Shown piece by piece: positions 1 to 14,041 of a stretch of DNA of 64,000 nucleotides (position 1 is the first letter of the stretch; every line of letters begins with the position of its first letter). The DNA is taken from NCBI GenBank assembly GCA_964247055.1, contig OZ176051.1:12276001-12340000 (forward strand), written 5' to 3'. Position numbers and translations under genes: made by a program. The notes beneath the pieces were generated by a model that made no database searches, was not told where the DNA came from, and worked only from the letters and a program-made list of their open reading frames with translations. This DNA is from Paragordius varius (Eukaryota; Animalia; Nematomorpha).

Positions 1-609
1 CTTATCTCCATCACCTCTATTTAATGCAAAGTATTAAAAATTATTATCGGTGAGACTACCTCACAGCGAGGCGTGACAGGGCCAGCTAGTAGACTATAAA
101 ATGTTTTATCAACCATATATTGTAAAAAAATATTTTTACGCTTTATTTCTACTTTAATTGAACCATTAAAAAATAGCGTATTGCAATACAAACGGTTAAA
201 AACAATTTATTGTTAAAAATTAATTTACATATAATTCAGGACGAACTTTTATTTGTTGATTCTCTGCATATTAAGCATAATGCTTTGTTGTAAGTTTTAA
301 TGAAACAATAATCATATACCCAATTCGCATTAAATTCGCGGTTTCCTTCCTTAATTTTTCTTTTCTTTGACATTTTTTTAATAGAAAATATATAAAAATG
401 ATGGCCTACTTTTTTTAGTAAACAAGTAAAGGGTGTAGCGTCGGAAGATCGTCGGCCACCTGCCGTCAAGGCAATCTCTACCCACCCGTAACGCATTGAG
501 CTTCAGAGCGGGGAGACACATACGAGGTTGGGTTTGACGTTAGTATCTACATACATAAATAAATGCCTTCATGTTACATGTGTTAATGGGAGTTAGTATA
601 GTTAAAAAG

Positions 610-658
<49 letters not shown>

Positions 659-1854
659 GAAATGTTAATTTTGCCTTGTTAGGTAGGTAAAAGCAATATT
701 TGAGTTTAAATAATCGTACAGACAGGGTTTGATCCTTACTCCAGAAAGTAATGTCAAAGGTCTATGTCGGGTCAAATGTAGAGCTACTTTTAAGCTCTTA
801 TCTTTGTGGAATGGGGTTTTCTTTTGCTTCTAAATGAGTGTGGCCTTTAAGGTAGACCAATTTTGGAGATATAGACATTACAAGCGTCAACGTTACCCCT
901 TCGTGCGACCATGTTTCAGTCATACCTTCAACTGGGACGCTAACCCGGGATAAGTGGTCGTTGACCTTGCTCTGAGCTAAGTCTCAACGCCGACCAACAG
1001 AGATGTCGGAGATTGGTAACCAGCCCTGCTCAAATATCAGCGGCTCCAAAATTGCTTCCCAGGACGTCGTCACCAATGATTCATTCAGTGGTACATTTTG
1101 TTCGTGGGATATCTGTGGGAAGCAGTATATATTATAAACTAACTGTAATATTGGTGTTTACCATTATCAGATTTAGTTGTAAATATTACATCAATACTAA
1201 CTGACTTTAACAGAGCGTTGTAAAATAAAAATTTATACCTTATCCAGCAGTGGGAATTAACCTTAAAATACTACCGACTTCGCAATAGTACCATTCAATC
1301 TGGAGCAAAGTAGTATTGGTAATCAGCCTTCAAATATCAGCGGTTCCGATGTCATCGTCATGGGGAAGTTTTGTATTGGTCTCCAACGGGATAGGATTAG
1401 TAACTCTGGTGCGTTTCCTCGTTGTCAGGAGCTTAAAAATGATAGAGGTGCATAATCCTAATAGCGTTCATTAGCTCAGCTTCAAGAGCCCAGTTGGCCA
1501 CAGTTACTGAAGTTCTTTCGGTAAGTTTTAAAGATCGGGGTCATTGCGGTTGTACAGTCATTCGATTCTAGCCTGGAATGGATTTCGTCATTGTTGCGTC
1601 AGCCGGTGCCACACATCAAAAAGTCGTACTTTTTTTAGTATTCATTCGTGTGTTTATGAGAGCAAAACATCAGCAAACGGTCAAATGAAAGAATGCGTTT
1701 TGATCAACCCTTTATACAAAAGGTAATGTTTATTAAATTTGTGTAACAAAATAAGATTTTTGCACATTCAGCAAAAAATTTATTAGTATTTTAAGACTTT
1801 TTGACTATTGGGCCGCATAAAGGTTTCAATTGGGCCGTATATTGGCCACCCCTG
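1..1854 (-). mobile_element. hAT (Buster/SPIN-like) DNA transposon remnant; 5' end at 1854, transposase N-terminus near 250-373
   Basis: Terminus reads CAGGGGTGGCCAA on the minus strand (ttggccacccctg, 1842-1854) with subterminal CGGCCC motifs. It is flanked by ctcTAgtg, an NNNTANNN Buster-type target. Minus-strand MSKKRKIKEGNREFNANWVYDYCFIKTYNKALCLICRE resembles the BED-finger N-terminus of GTF2IRD2/Buster-type transposases. Linking the TIR to this ORF is inferred. Confidence 0.6.
611..652. repeat. (TA)n microsatellite
   Basis: Direct reading. Similar TA tracts occur near 2417-2470, 45886-45916, 47441-47460 and 48626-48652. Confidence 0.95.
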
Positions 1855-2424
1855 CTCTAGTGCAAGGGTGTGCAACACAAATGGTTAAATTTGCATTAAA
1901 AAATAAACAAATAAGCATCAATAATATTTTATCATAAAATCATGATAATGAAAAAATATACATAATTTTTTTTTTCATTGACAAAATTTGGAATTGCCTA
2001 ACTTTTTAAATATCAAAAATAAGTTTATCTTCAAGTGACAATGTTTAGCATAATCGAATTTTAAATATAATATCTTTTGTTTTTACACTTAAATGCCTCA
2101 ACAATATTTTGCTATAAATTAAATTAAGTTTTTCTTTAGAGATTTTTTGGATTCATAATTTTTCATATTATTGTTAAATATCTACCCTTTCGTCTTTATT
2201 TAAAGAGTACTTGATCATTGAAAATTTAGACTTTCCTGAATTCAAGATTTATTGTTTTTATATGTAATTAGTGATATACGATATTTTTAACAATGAATCT
2301 TTCACCAAAATTCTTTTATTCAACGAATGAACAAATTTTGTTTTACTATTAAGCACCACAAAAGCGCAAACATCGAAAACACCACTTGATATATTTAATT
2401 ATCAGAATATAAATTTATATATAT

Positions 2425-2472
<48 letters not shown>

Positions 2473-3470
2473 CATAAGAAAATTTTTATACTCCCGATTT
2501 TGAACGCTTAGTATATATCACTTCTTAAACTATGGGTCATGACCCCATTTGGGGTCGCGTATGAAAATTATGGGGTCGCGAGTGATAAAAATACAAAACA
2601 AAATTTTTTTAACTTATAATATTATTGATATAAAGAAAAATAGCAATCATCGTAGATAAATATATTAAAAAATCTTCTGGTTCGGAAAGATTGTTTATAT
2701 TAGATTTTCTATTACGAACATAGCTATGTTATTTCAAATGTTTTAATTAAGGTTGAAGAAAATGACGGGAACGTCTTTTGTAAAAAAACAATTAGTGGTA
2801 AAGTTGATGCTCTTCTAGAGTTGTAATTTGTCAGTGTCCCCTGTAACAAGATTTTAGTTTTCTTTTATTTATTCGGTAATTTATAAAATCAAATATAATC
2901 TTCAATATGTTTTTTTATATTTATTGTATTTTAGGACAAAAATATTTTTGCCAATGGATAAATGTATGAACTTAAATAAGAATGGTAATGGCGCAGTTGA
3001 TAAGCCAACAAACTCTTCTTAGACAGGACAAAGTAATGGAAAAGAGTCATCTAATGTGCGAAAATGAAAATATGATGAGTCTTTTCTTTAATTTGGCTTT
3101 AAATTTCAAAATTATAAGGTAATGAACAACCTCTTTGTTTGTTATGCAATGATTCGGAGAGTATGAAACCATAATTAAAAATACATCTTGAATCAAAGCC
3201 TGTTTCGTATGTAAATAAACCCAAAGAATATTTTTAAAGACTGTGTATATCTATAAATAAAGAAAAGAACATTGAAAAATTTATAACTGGTAATAAAAAA
3301 TATTTACTAGCATCATATGAAGCTTCATACTGTATTGCTAAAAATAAAAAGCCGTTCACCATTGGAGAAGATCTTGTGTTTGCTGCTATTTAAATGGTAG
3401 AGATACTACATGGAAGAAAATATGGCGATGATATTCAAAAATTTCTTTGTCGAACGACACCTCGAATAGA

Positions 3471-4687
3471 ATAACGTTTTCCTAGTCAATCGAAACATTT
3501 TCCCAGTCAATCGAAAGGTTTTCCCAATCAATCGAAACATTTTCCCAGTCAATAAAAACATTTTCCCAATCAATAAAAACGTTTTCCCAGTCAATAAAAA
3601 CGGTTTTATTTTTACGATAAATATCAAAACAAGATATAAAAACAACTTTTAATCATTATCAGCGAAATATTAGGAAATTTTTTTATAAAAACAAAATATT
3701 GGAAAATTTCCAATTCTATTCCAGTGCACAATCATTAATGACCTAATTTTTAAAAGTTATGTTTTTTGAATTTGAGATATTTTATCGAAGGTTCGCATTA
3801 ATATTTGCGGCTAACTTATAAAATCTAAAGTTACGGATGAAATAATACAATTTACGAAAATATAACATTTTTATCTCAAAGGTCTAAATCATATTGGATC
3901 TTAAACATATACCCTAATTTATTTATCATTTGGTCAAAGGTGGTTAAACGCGGCCCTACGAGATTCGTGCTGCCCGCGAAAATTTTGGAAATCCTATGCA
4001 AAAATATGTCCACAAAATTTTGGTAAAATTCATATTTCTGACGCAATGATACTGAGTGAGTCTATCAAATTGGCAACGAATTTAAAAAAAATTGTTATAT
4101 TGTGTTTAAGTTTTACAGTCATATGTCTAAAATCGAATAAATTATTTATGAATGCCCGTATATATTCCGATTGCGGAACGCCATGCTTTTTGAGTTAAAA
4201 ATGCGGCCGGCGAAGCCATTTGGTTGGACACCCTCGTTTTAGAAATATCGTTCTTTTATAAAATATATTTAAATCAAAAACATTTTTGTCTAAAAAAAAA
4301 TTTTTAGATAAAATTTTCCGACAGTATTTTTATCAAACTTGTCATGTTTAAAAACTGTTTTGTGGCGTTTCGCAAATATTAATGCGAACCATCGATAAAA
4401 CAAAAACTATTATCCTTAAAAATATCTCCCAAAAATATAACTTTTGAAGAATAAGTCATTAATGATTGGGCGCTGGATAATAATTGGAAAAATTTTCATT
4501 CAATAATTTTGTTTTAATAAAAAATAATATCCTACTATTACGCTGATAATGATTAAAAGTTAATTTTATAACTTGTTTTGATATTTATCATCAAAAACCG
4601 TTTTATTGACTGGGTAAATGTTTTGATTGATTGGGACAACCTTTCGATCGACTGGGAAAATGTTTCGATTGGCTGGAAAAATGTTTT
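3471..4687. mobile_element. Foldback-type element: long inverted arms ending in 21-bp tandem repeats
   Basis: About 6 copies of AAACATTTTCCCAGTCAATCG at 3472-3600 and about 4 inverted copies at 4597-4687. Region 3600-3830 is the reverse complement of about 4370-4600. It splits the hAT transposase after SNDT.NRI. Confidence 0.8.
3935..4236. mobile_element. Small hAT-like MITE in the loop of the foldback element
   Basis: Ends caaaggtggttaaacgcggccc and gcggccggc...ttggttggacaccctcg resemble the CAGGGGTG(T/G)CCAA-type termini seen elsewhere in the window. No TSD found. Confidence 0.5.
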
Positions 4688-6779
4688 GTTTTAAAGAAAG
4701 CGTGGAGGAAGAAGTGTTAATTTATTGTACTATGGAAGGTCATATTACAGGGAAAGATATACGTAAAGTTGACGATTTTTAAAAGCAGAAGGTTTAGAAT
4801 GAAATAATTGCTGTGGAATATGCACAGATGTTGCAAGAGCGATGACGGGCAAAAATATTGGTTTTAAATAATTTTTTCAGACTGCTCATTATGATCATAT
4901 AACTTTTACTCATTGCCTAATTCACCGAGAGACTCTTGCAGCAAAAAAAATTAGCACCAGAATTGAACGATGTGCTTCAGGATGCTGTTAAAGTCATTGG
5001 ATATATTTACTTCAAACGCTAAAATTGAAAGTTATATCAAAAAGATCAGCATTTGGAAAAGTAGGGTCAAAAAAATTCGTTCGAAATGTTTTCCAGTGTC
5101 GACAAATTGGGAAAATTCATTGTAAAATTTTTATTGCAAAACTATTGTAGATCACTTAAAAGCGCTAGAAATACAGTTCCTGACATATTTTATATGAAAT
5201 ATTGATTTACAAAAAATAGTTTGGATTCAAAAGCCGTTTTGGATTGGCTTAAGTGAGATTGATCATCTGCCACTTTAAAGCTCACGGGGAATTTGCTGAG
5301 TTTTCGTGTGACTCAAACTTAAAACTATAATTCCCAAAAAAGCTCTTGACTAAATTTTGGATCGGAACTTGAACTGAATTCCCCACAATTGCCGATATGG
5401 CGTTAAATGTACTTCTGCCATTCAACACCACATATTTATGTGCAGTTACTTTTTCAGCTTAACGCACATTAAATCCCAATATCGTTCAGCAATGTTGAGT
5501 TCAGCAATGTTGAAGAGGTCTTAGGCACAGCAGTTCAAACATTAAAAGATTTGATTTGTTATGCAATAAAAACAAGCACATCCATCTTATTAAATTTTTA
5601 ACCTAAACTTTAATTTAATATTTACCACGCAACTGCTTGGATATATTCCAGAAAATTAAGACTGTCAGAATCCACTTTTGTTTTTAACACTATAATAAAA
5701 ACATTTCTTTAACATTTTGTGCAAATTTAAATTTTTTTTATGTATCAAAAGGAATTTTAAATTTATATATTTTCATATGCATATGTATATTGTTACCTAA
5801 TAAATATATCATCAAAAAATATTAATTTATTTTTCTTATATTTGTTAGGGTCGTTAAGAAACTCGCAAACATAAATGGGGTTGCGAATTACAAAAGTTTA
5901 AGAAGCCCTGTTCTAAGTGGAATTAAAATTAACATTTGTCAAAAATTATTCAAGGTCAAATATAATTAAGTGTTTTTATGGTAAAGCAAATTAACTGAAT
6001 GTCTAAGGCTGCCAAAATTTTAAAACAGTCTATTGATATTTATACACACGGTGCGAGTTTACCATAATAACCATTCTCAAAATTATTCAAAATTAAAGTT
6101 TATGTAGTTATTGCATTTTTGTAAAAAAAATTGACAGATAATTGTTATAATGCCAGTTTACATCCTATTTCAAGGTCAATATAGAAAAGACGTGATAGTT
6201 GTAAACTATTTGAAAATATTAAAAAATAAAATATAGAGCTAACCATATATAACTATCTATATTGGATATAAACAAAAAGCCAAAAATACACAAGGTGCAC
6301 TAAAAATACTGGATAATCAAATACTCTAAAACTAAGGCTTTCTAATTTATGTATATATAATATCGTAGAGTCGTATTTAATCATAGTAAAAAGTAAAAGA
6401 TATGTTTTACAAAAATTTATTTAATGAAAACTTAATCAACTTTAAACCTTGTTGAGTAGGTAATAAAAAATAAGGAAATATTATTTTTAACTAATAACCA
6501 TTCATATGCTAATATAATATTAGTCTTAAAAAATCAAAATTGATTTACCTTTTTGTATAGATATAGGCAAATAACTTGCTAAAAATATGTTATATAATCC
6601 TTATAGAAGATATAAGACATTGTAATAAATGGACTTTCGGTTACAAACGGTCAGTCTATGGTAGATATTAGTCAAACATAAACGAAAATAATAGTTTTAT
6701 TTTGGTTTCATGCCAGAAAAGTAAACAGTAGACCCTACACATGTGGTAAGGAGGTTGATTGAAAAACACATTGAAAAAA

Positions 6780-7835
6780 AGAATGAATTACACTGGGTTT
6801 TAAATGACATAAAGAAGGCGTTTGACAGGATTCCTAGAAAACTATTTGGTGGAGTCTCCGTCGTAAAAAAGTGCCAGAAAGTTATATTAGATTATTACAA
6901 ATAATGTATGAATCCCACACCTCCAGGATTAAAACCCCACAAGGTTTATCATAGCCCTTTTCAATACATGGAGTCTACCAAGGCTCATCACTTAGCCCCC
7001 TATTGTTTATAATTTGTATGGACGAGGTAGCCAAGGTCGTTAATGTGAGTTCAGGTTGGTACTTAATGTATGCAGATGACATAATCATCTTGTCTGATTC
7101 ATTAACTGAGTTAAAGCGAACGGTAAACAGATGGGTTATTATACTGGATCCATACGGTCTGAACATAAACAAAGCAAACACCGAACTTATTACTTTTGGG
7201 GGATCCACAACATGAAATGGTTGATGATAGTTGGGTTGTGAAGGGTAAAGAAAGTTGAAAATATTTGGGGCGTTAAGTTCAGATGGATCGTTGACCGATG
7301 ATATTAATATAAGAATAAAGAGCAGTTGGGTAAATTGGAAGAAAATTTTAAGCTTGTTATGCGATCGAAATATTGATGTTAGAGTGAAAGGTAAGATATA
7401 CGTTCAGTTGTTCAGCCCACAATGATGTATAATTCACAGACGTGGGGTATCAAAAAATCATAAGAAAGACATTTTAACGTGACTTAAATGAAAATGCTTA
7501 GAATGATGTGTGGGGTAACAAGAAAGGACAGAATTGAGAATAGATTTATTCGTATGAGCACAGATATTAAACCAATAGTGGAAAGAATGTCAAAAAATAG
7601 ACTACGTTGGTTCGGGCACATTGAAAGGAGAGATTCTAATTATATTGCAAAAATAATAGATTCATATAGATGAGGGAAACGAGGACGTGGGCCGCCTAAA
7701 ACGAAATGGATAGATACAGTAAAAAGAGAGCTAGCAGAATACGAGCTTAATGCAGATGACGCCATAATAGAGCTGTATGACGAGACAGGTTGTATAACAT
7801 GACCGCTCTCACGAGTGAAAACATGTAATGTAATA
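6780..7835 (+). mobile_element. 5'-truncated RTE-clade LINE, reverse transcriptase and C-terminus (degenerate)
   Basis: KKAFDRIPR, QGSSLSPLLF, YADD, KYLG-like, and MKMLRMMCGVTRKDRIEN...RLRWFGHIERR motifs. Confidence 0.9.
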
Positions 7836-9614
7836 GTAATTTAGACAAAAAATGTGCACAAATATATTTATTATTAAAAATATCTACTAAAACATGATAT
7901 TATTCATGTTATTGTATTTAAAATATAATCATTTGGTGAAACAATTAAGTAAGAATTTAATTATCTCCGTTTTTTATCTTATAAAATCCAAAATTATATA
8001 GTACTTACCAAAAGAATCTCTAGAATATTTGGTGTCAAAACATGCAATATAATGAAAATTTAAATAAGTATACAATGCAAAATGGAATTATTGTGAAATG
8101 GTTAAATATCCGAAGAAATGAAATGTTTGAGGTAAGAATTTATTTTTTGATTTAAAAAAATTTTTTACGGTTATAAGCAAAACAAACTATAAATTGCTTA
8201 TTTTAATTTTTGTATATATTTTTTATAAAATGTTATATGAATAAAAAACTTGCATAAGGGCAATAGTTTTTATTATGTTTGGGATTATTATTTTAGAGCT
8301 GCTTTTCTATTCCATTATGCTATCCAAGTTTTAGAGGAAAAGTTTTGAGTTTTATAAACTATTTATGTCTTAAGGGCAGTGCACCATATAACACAGCAAT
8401 CATTGCATAAAATCGAGATTTCATACATAAGCACACCAGATTAAATATTAATTCAGGACTATAAGTACTTTTAGTGGCATAGAGCCTCCGTGGAAAGCAG
8501 TATACCCTCTATACAGATTAATTGTTAAATTTATATATATATATATATATATATAGAAATATATAACACAAATCTTGAAGTGTAAAAACTACTGATAATG
8601 GATTTTTATTCTTTTAAATTTGTATCCAGATTTTTATGACTTTAGTGTGACCTTAATAATGAGAGAAAGTTTTTGTCACTTTGTTGAAATTGCTCCGCCT
8701 AGCAGATTTTGCTAGATCAATTTTTTTTGGTCTAAATGCTTTATTTGAAAATCTTAATTAAACTAACATTCATTTAAAAAGCACAATATGTATTTAAATT
8801 TCGTTTAGATGAGGGCTGTCAAAGTCTAATTATTGTTTAGGAAGAAACGGTTAAATTTTTAGCGCTAAAATCCCAAGATTGCATGATATTTAATATATGT
8901 TAAAATATGACATCGAAAAAATTAATTCTGAAATGTATACATTGCACAAATTTAATTTTTAAGAAAATTTTGTTCAAGCGTAATAGATATATTATTATTC
9001 TTATTCAATGATGCTAATTCCCAATACCTCATTTGTTCCAAGTTATTAAGATTTAAGTTAAGACAATTTGGCATTAGTTATTGTAAAAAATGAACTTTTA
9101 TTTTCATATTTTTTTAAATATTACACACTATATATTTTATAGATGATATTGGGAATAAAGTACTTCATCACCTATTTTTGAATTGTTGATTACTGAATTT
9201 TGTGGTAGAAACGCAATTTAACGATTGTTTGAAATTTTTTGAAACTTAAATGAGCTGTATGCGACCATAAAAGTGTTTTTTATACTCCAATCATTTACAT
9301 TTTTTGATGTACTTGCTTGTCATATAAAAATCCATGTATCAAACAATGAGATATTTATCAGTATTATGGCTTATGAAGCAAAAAAAATATTTTTGCTCCT
9401 TCTAATTATTTTTGGATAAGAATGGTGATTGGAAAAAAGGTTGGAAATCATGAGTACGACACGATAGTGGAAGAACACAAAGGAACGAAGCTGGTAAAGT
9501 TAAACGATTGATAGAATGTATAATTAATCAAATGTTTGTTGTGAATACATGGTATAAACATAAAGATGGTTATACAACCTCCCCTTGTGGCAAAATTGAA
9601 AACCAAATAGATTA

Positions 9615-10741
9615 CACTAGTCGACAAATTTGGACATTTTTGAGCACCACCACTCAAACTTTTAAATTATGACCAATTTTAGTGTTTTAAAACCGAATGT
9701 GAAAGAATTTATGATCCCGCCAATCAGAATTTCGAAATATTATAGGTTTTTCAATTTTTCAAAAACAAGAGAAAATCGAGAGAAAATTAAATATAACTTT
9801 ATAATAAAATGTTATTATATTATAAACTTAATATCATTTAATAAAGCGTTTTAAACTCTATCTTTTGAATATAAATATGTCATTTAAATATCAGAGCGAA
9901 AAAAATAGTGCGGACTTAAAAGTCAAAATTTAGTCTTTTTCTTTCAAGTGAATTTTTAATACGTATAAAAAAATTTTAAAAAAATACTAAAAAAGGCATT
10001 CTCAAAAAGCCTAATAAGTACTCGCAAGAACAAAAACTAACAAAAAAAATATAGCCTATGTAAAAGCCGAAGGTTTTGAGTTGGTTCTTACAAAAAATCC
10101 TTTATTTATACCTAGTTGATATACTTTATTTTTTAAAATTATTGGTTGTTTTGTATTTTTAATTTCAGATGGATGTTGTGTGGTCACTTTTAGTAGAATT
10201 TACTATTATGGGATTGGACCATTTGTATTTACCTAATCTTTTTATTCAATTTAATTGTAGAATTTATCTAACTTTATTCTGTGAATTGGTTAATTTGACA
10301 TGTCAATTTGCCTGGATTTTGCTTGCAAGTCTCTCTTATCGGGCTTTAGGATTACTTATTCTTATCTTTGCCATATCTGGCATAATTGGATCGCTTGGGG
10401 GATATGCAGAGCTTGTGCAGCCGCCCGGATCTACACTATACATAAGCCCCTTTTAGATTTTTAATACTTTGGCTCTTAGTTTGTTTAGTATCTTAATTAA
10501 TGCCTAAAATTTTGTTATTCATGCATGGAATATTACTTGTATCGACTTGTTCGTTTGAATATTTAAACATATATACACGAGGAATGATTGTTATTTTTAA
10601 ATTAAATACAAATTTAAAAATTAAATTTCGGAAAAATCCTATTGGTGGCCTCAGTTTTCTTTTGTGTTTTGACCTTTCCATGCCATTAGGTATCAGAAAA
10701 TGCAAAAATAATGGGGTGGTGCAAAACCTTGTTGAGCAGTG
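9615..10741. mobile_element. DNA transposon derivative with CACT(A/G) termini inserted in LINE copy A
   Basis: Imperfect TIRs cactagtcgacaa / ttgttgagcagtg, with TTA on both sides. LINE copy B shows the empty site (aaccaaatagattattttatagg). Weak Tc1-like transposase traces on the minus strand at ~10030-10470. Superfamily uncertain. Confidence 0.7.
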
Positions 10742-12282
10742 TTATATTATAGGACAACAAAGGAAAAAGTTCTTCATAGCTAAAACCAAGAAGAGTTGTG
10801 ACTGATCAAGCGATCACCAACTATTATAAACAACAATTAAAACTCACATCCCTGGAAGATGGAAAAATAATGCAAATACAACGGAGAACAAAGCCCTTTA
10901 GAATTTAAGATAGAAATAAACAATAGATTTGAATTACTATAAGTCAGACAATAATTCACGAGACAGCACAAAAACATTTACCGAAGAAAAAACATATATA
11001 AAGGTTATCAGAGGACTATATCTAAGAAAGGGAAATAGATATATTCAAAAAATTAAATTCCAAACTTCAGAGACAGGAAGAACCTGGAAGAATACTGTAA
11101 TGAACAATGCATTGAGGAAGCAAACAGAAAAGGCTTGAGTAAATATTTGTTCCAAACCATCAGATAGGTAAGAAATCAAGGAAAGATTTTGACGACGGAA
11201 ATGGAAAAAGAAAGATGTGAAAGTTACACCAATTAGCTATATAGTGCGCACCCAGGTGCAAACTGACAATTATATGGGAATGGAAATGATAAGTTATGTA
11301 TACTGGAAGTAGAGGTAGTAAATAATATTGATACCTAGGAAAGCCTCGGGAATAGATAATATTCCCTTGTAATTAATAAGAGATGTACCGATATCAGTTA
11401 TACATAGATTGTACCAGGAAGTATGGGAGTCAGGTATTTGGACAAAAGACTGGCAAACTTCACTGTTTATCCCAGTTATTAAAAAGGGAAATATATCAAA
11501 TTGCGAGAAGTATAGAAACATAGCTATCATTAGTCATGCAAGCAAAATTTTATTGAAAATTATCCAGAACAGATTACATCAACTGATAGACAGAGAGATT
11601 CCAGATGTTCAAGCAGTATTTATGAAGGGCGTGGCACAAGAGATCACAACTCTTACGTGAGAAACATAATTGAAACATGTAAAGAATATCAAGTGGAGTT
11701 AGTTATATATTGTGTTGAATATATCCAAACCATGTACATTTATGGCAAAGTTCGGAATCAATGGGAGTTACAGCAAAGCTATAACCTTGTTCAAAAATTT
11801 GTATGAACACCAAGAAGCCATAATACGAACCCCGGTGGGAGGAACCAACGAAATTACAATACAAAAGGGTGTTAGACAAGGATTTTACCACTTAGCATTT
11901 TTAATATTTGCACAGAAATGATCATGGGAAAAGTAAATGAAGCTACTGAAAGCATAAGGATAGGAGGGAGTAGTATTAACAATCTAAGATTGGATGACAC
12001 GACGCTGATCGCAGATAATATAAATAATATGATAAGGTTAGTAAGAGAAGAAAGTAAAAGATATGGATTGAACCTCAATCCTAAAAAAATCAAAGTTTGA
12101 GTTTATCAAAAAACAAACCTAATATAACTATAAAAGATAGCCAAGTAGAAGTAGTAAATGAAATCCCATTCTTAGGCTCTCTTATAGATATCCACGATTC
12201 CACGCCAGATATTAAACGCCGCATAGCATTAGGGAAGACAGTTGCGAAAGTGGACTAAATTATGGAAAAGTAAAGATATCAC

Positions 12283-14041
12283 TAGGGTTGTGCATTTGAC
12301 TCCTTTTTCAAAAAAGTCCGGTCAGACTATGGTCATGACCACTTTTTACTTAAGTAAATATCATGCGATATTGGAGATTGTGAAAATAATGCTGAAACTT
12401 GCGTTTCACTAATAATGTCATTTTTTTTCTTAAAAGTTTGTAATATACATTTTTTTAAATTTATTATTTACAATTATATACAATCAAATTTAATCAAGAT
12501 TTTGTTTTCTAATTATTTTTGCCACATGTTTGTGGCCTTTTAAATTTTTAAATACATAACTTTAAATACTTGATATTTCAAAAAAAATTTACCACGTTGG
12601 TTTTACACTTTCTTTTATCAATGAATTAATAATTAAATATAAGATGTTTTTCATTTTATTGATTCACATATATGCAATTGCATATTTTGACTAGGCTGAT
12701 TGTTTTGTTATTTGAAATAACTGGATATGCTTAAATGCTAATGTTATAAGGATGCATTAAGAATTTTTAATACATTGTTAAATAAGCATATTTTCATATC
12801 GATTATTTAATATATTTAAATATTTAATTTATATAAAATATACTGGCGTAAATCTCGTGCTGCGTAGCAGCACGAGGAAGTCCTTCGGACTTCTGGGGGG
12901 GGGGGGGGGGGGCTATTTCAAATAAGGTACAATAAAATGATCCACATATGTGGATTATTTCGAAACATTATTTAAATATGATTTTATGGAAATTTAAAAC
13001 TGTGCATTCATACTAATATATTGTTTACTTGGGGGAAAAATAGATTTAAAAAATTATTTTTGTGGATTGGCATTTTACGGGGGGACGGGTAAAAAGAGGG
13101 CCTAAATCAAAAAAGTGAGTCGACTATATTCGGCGCGGCCAAAAATAAGTAAACAAAAATCTACTTGAAATTGAATGGTCCAATACGTTCTCCGGAAAAT
13201 TGCCTCAACCTGTTTTTTACACGGGGTAGGCCCGAACTGGGGACCTAATTCCAAAAAAGGGCGAAGCTATTGTCGGGGAATTTATTAATGATTATATTTT
13301 TGTTTGGATTTGAATGGGTCTACCGGTTTTCCGGTACCAGATCAAAGCCAGCATTTTCCATTTTTAGAAATATATAGACTACCATAAATAATGTTTTATT
13401 ATCCATATATTTTTTAACATCCTATACATATGATAGATACTCCTTACTCAGCAACTAGCTATCATCAAAGAAACGCTTGACTAAAATTTTTGCCTTTTAA
13501 CAGGAAATACGAAAAATCCTTATTGAATTTTTACAGTCTCATACCTTGGGCAAAAAAATACAATCAAAAAATTATTTTTGTGGACTTTTTTTTTGAAAAA
13601 ATGGCATTTTACGGGGGGAGCGGGTAAAAAGAGGGCCTAAATTAAAAAGCGAGACGACTATGTTCGGCGCAATCGAAAATAAGTAAACAAAAATCATATT
13701 AGAAATTGAATGGTCCAACACGTTCTTCAGAAAATTGTCTCAAAGACACGATTTTTGTGGACTTTTGTTTTCAAAAAAACCCGTTTTTCATACGGGGTGG
13801 GCCCGAACTGGGGGTTTATTTCAAAAAAAGGGCGAAGCTATTGTCGGGGCATTCATTAATGATTATAATTTTTCGATGTTTGGATTGAATGGGTCTACCG
13901 ATTTTCCGGTCCCAGATCACAAAGCCATCATTTTCCATTTTTATAAATATTTAGATTAAAAAACAATAAAATCTTACTATTTCTCCTTCAAAAAAGATTT
14001 ACTAGCAATTTCCAAAAAAACAGCTGGTCAGCACAACCCTA
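12283..14041. mobile_element. Non-autonomous hAT element inserted in LINE copy A
   Basis: Perfect 11-bp TIR TAGGGTTGTGC/GCACAACCCTA and 8-bp TSD GATATCAC (12275-12282, 14042-14049). LINE copy B has a single GATATCAC at the equivalent site. Confidence 0.92.
12843..13955 (-). mobile_element. Non-autonomous Helitron-like element with internal ~570-bp tandem units (copy 1)
   Basis: Perfect 10-bp-stem hairpin CTCGTGCTGC-GTA-GCAGCACGAG a few nt from a CCAG|T end on the minus strand, and A|TC at the other end (13955). The internal units match 15006-16185. Confidence 0.65.

Larger units (their letters stand above)
2516..5910 (+). mobile_element. Decayed hAT/Buster (ZBED5/SCAND3-like) transposon interrupted by younger insertions
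   Basis: Right TIR gtttaagaagccctg ends at 5910, followed by ttcTAagt; degenerate left TIR cttcttaaac at 2521. Broken-frame peptides: YEASYCIAKNKKPFTIGEDL...SLSNDT (~3315-3460), CTDVARAMTG (~4820), THCLIHRE (~4910) and FWI..EFPTIADMALNVLLPFNTTYLC (hAT dimerisation region, ~5355-5440). Many stops and frameshifts. Confidence 0.9.

Noticed and set aside
3472-3600. CRISPR-like repeat array
   Set aside because: Head-to-tail 21-bp repeats with no unique spacers, in a eukaryotic TE context.
3406-3645. ORF with a heptad LxGKxF repeat
   Set aside because: Translation of the 21-bp non-coding terminal array of the foldback element.
10169-10456. Hydrophobic 95-aa ORF resembling a membrane protein
   Set aside because: Lies inside a transposon insertion, probably antisense to decayed transposase sequence; no splice or paralogue support.
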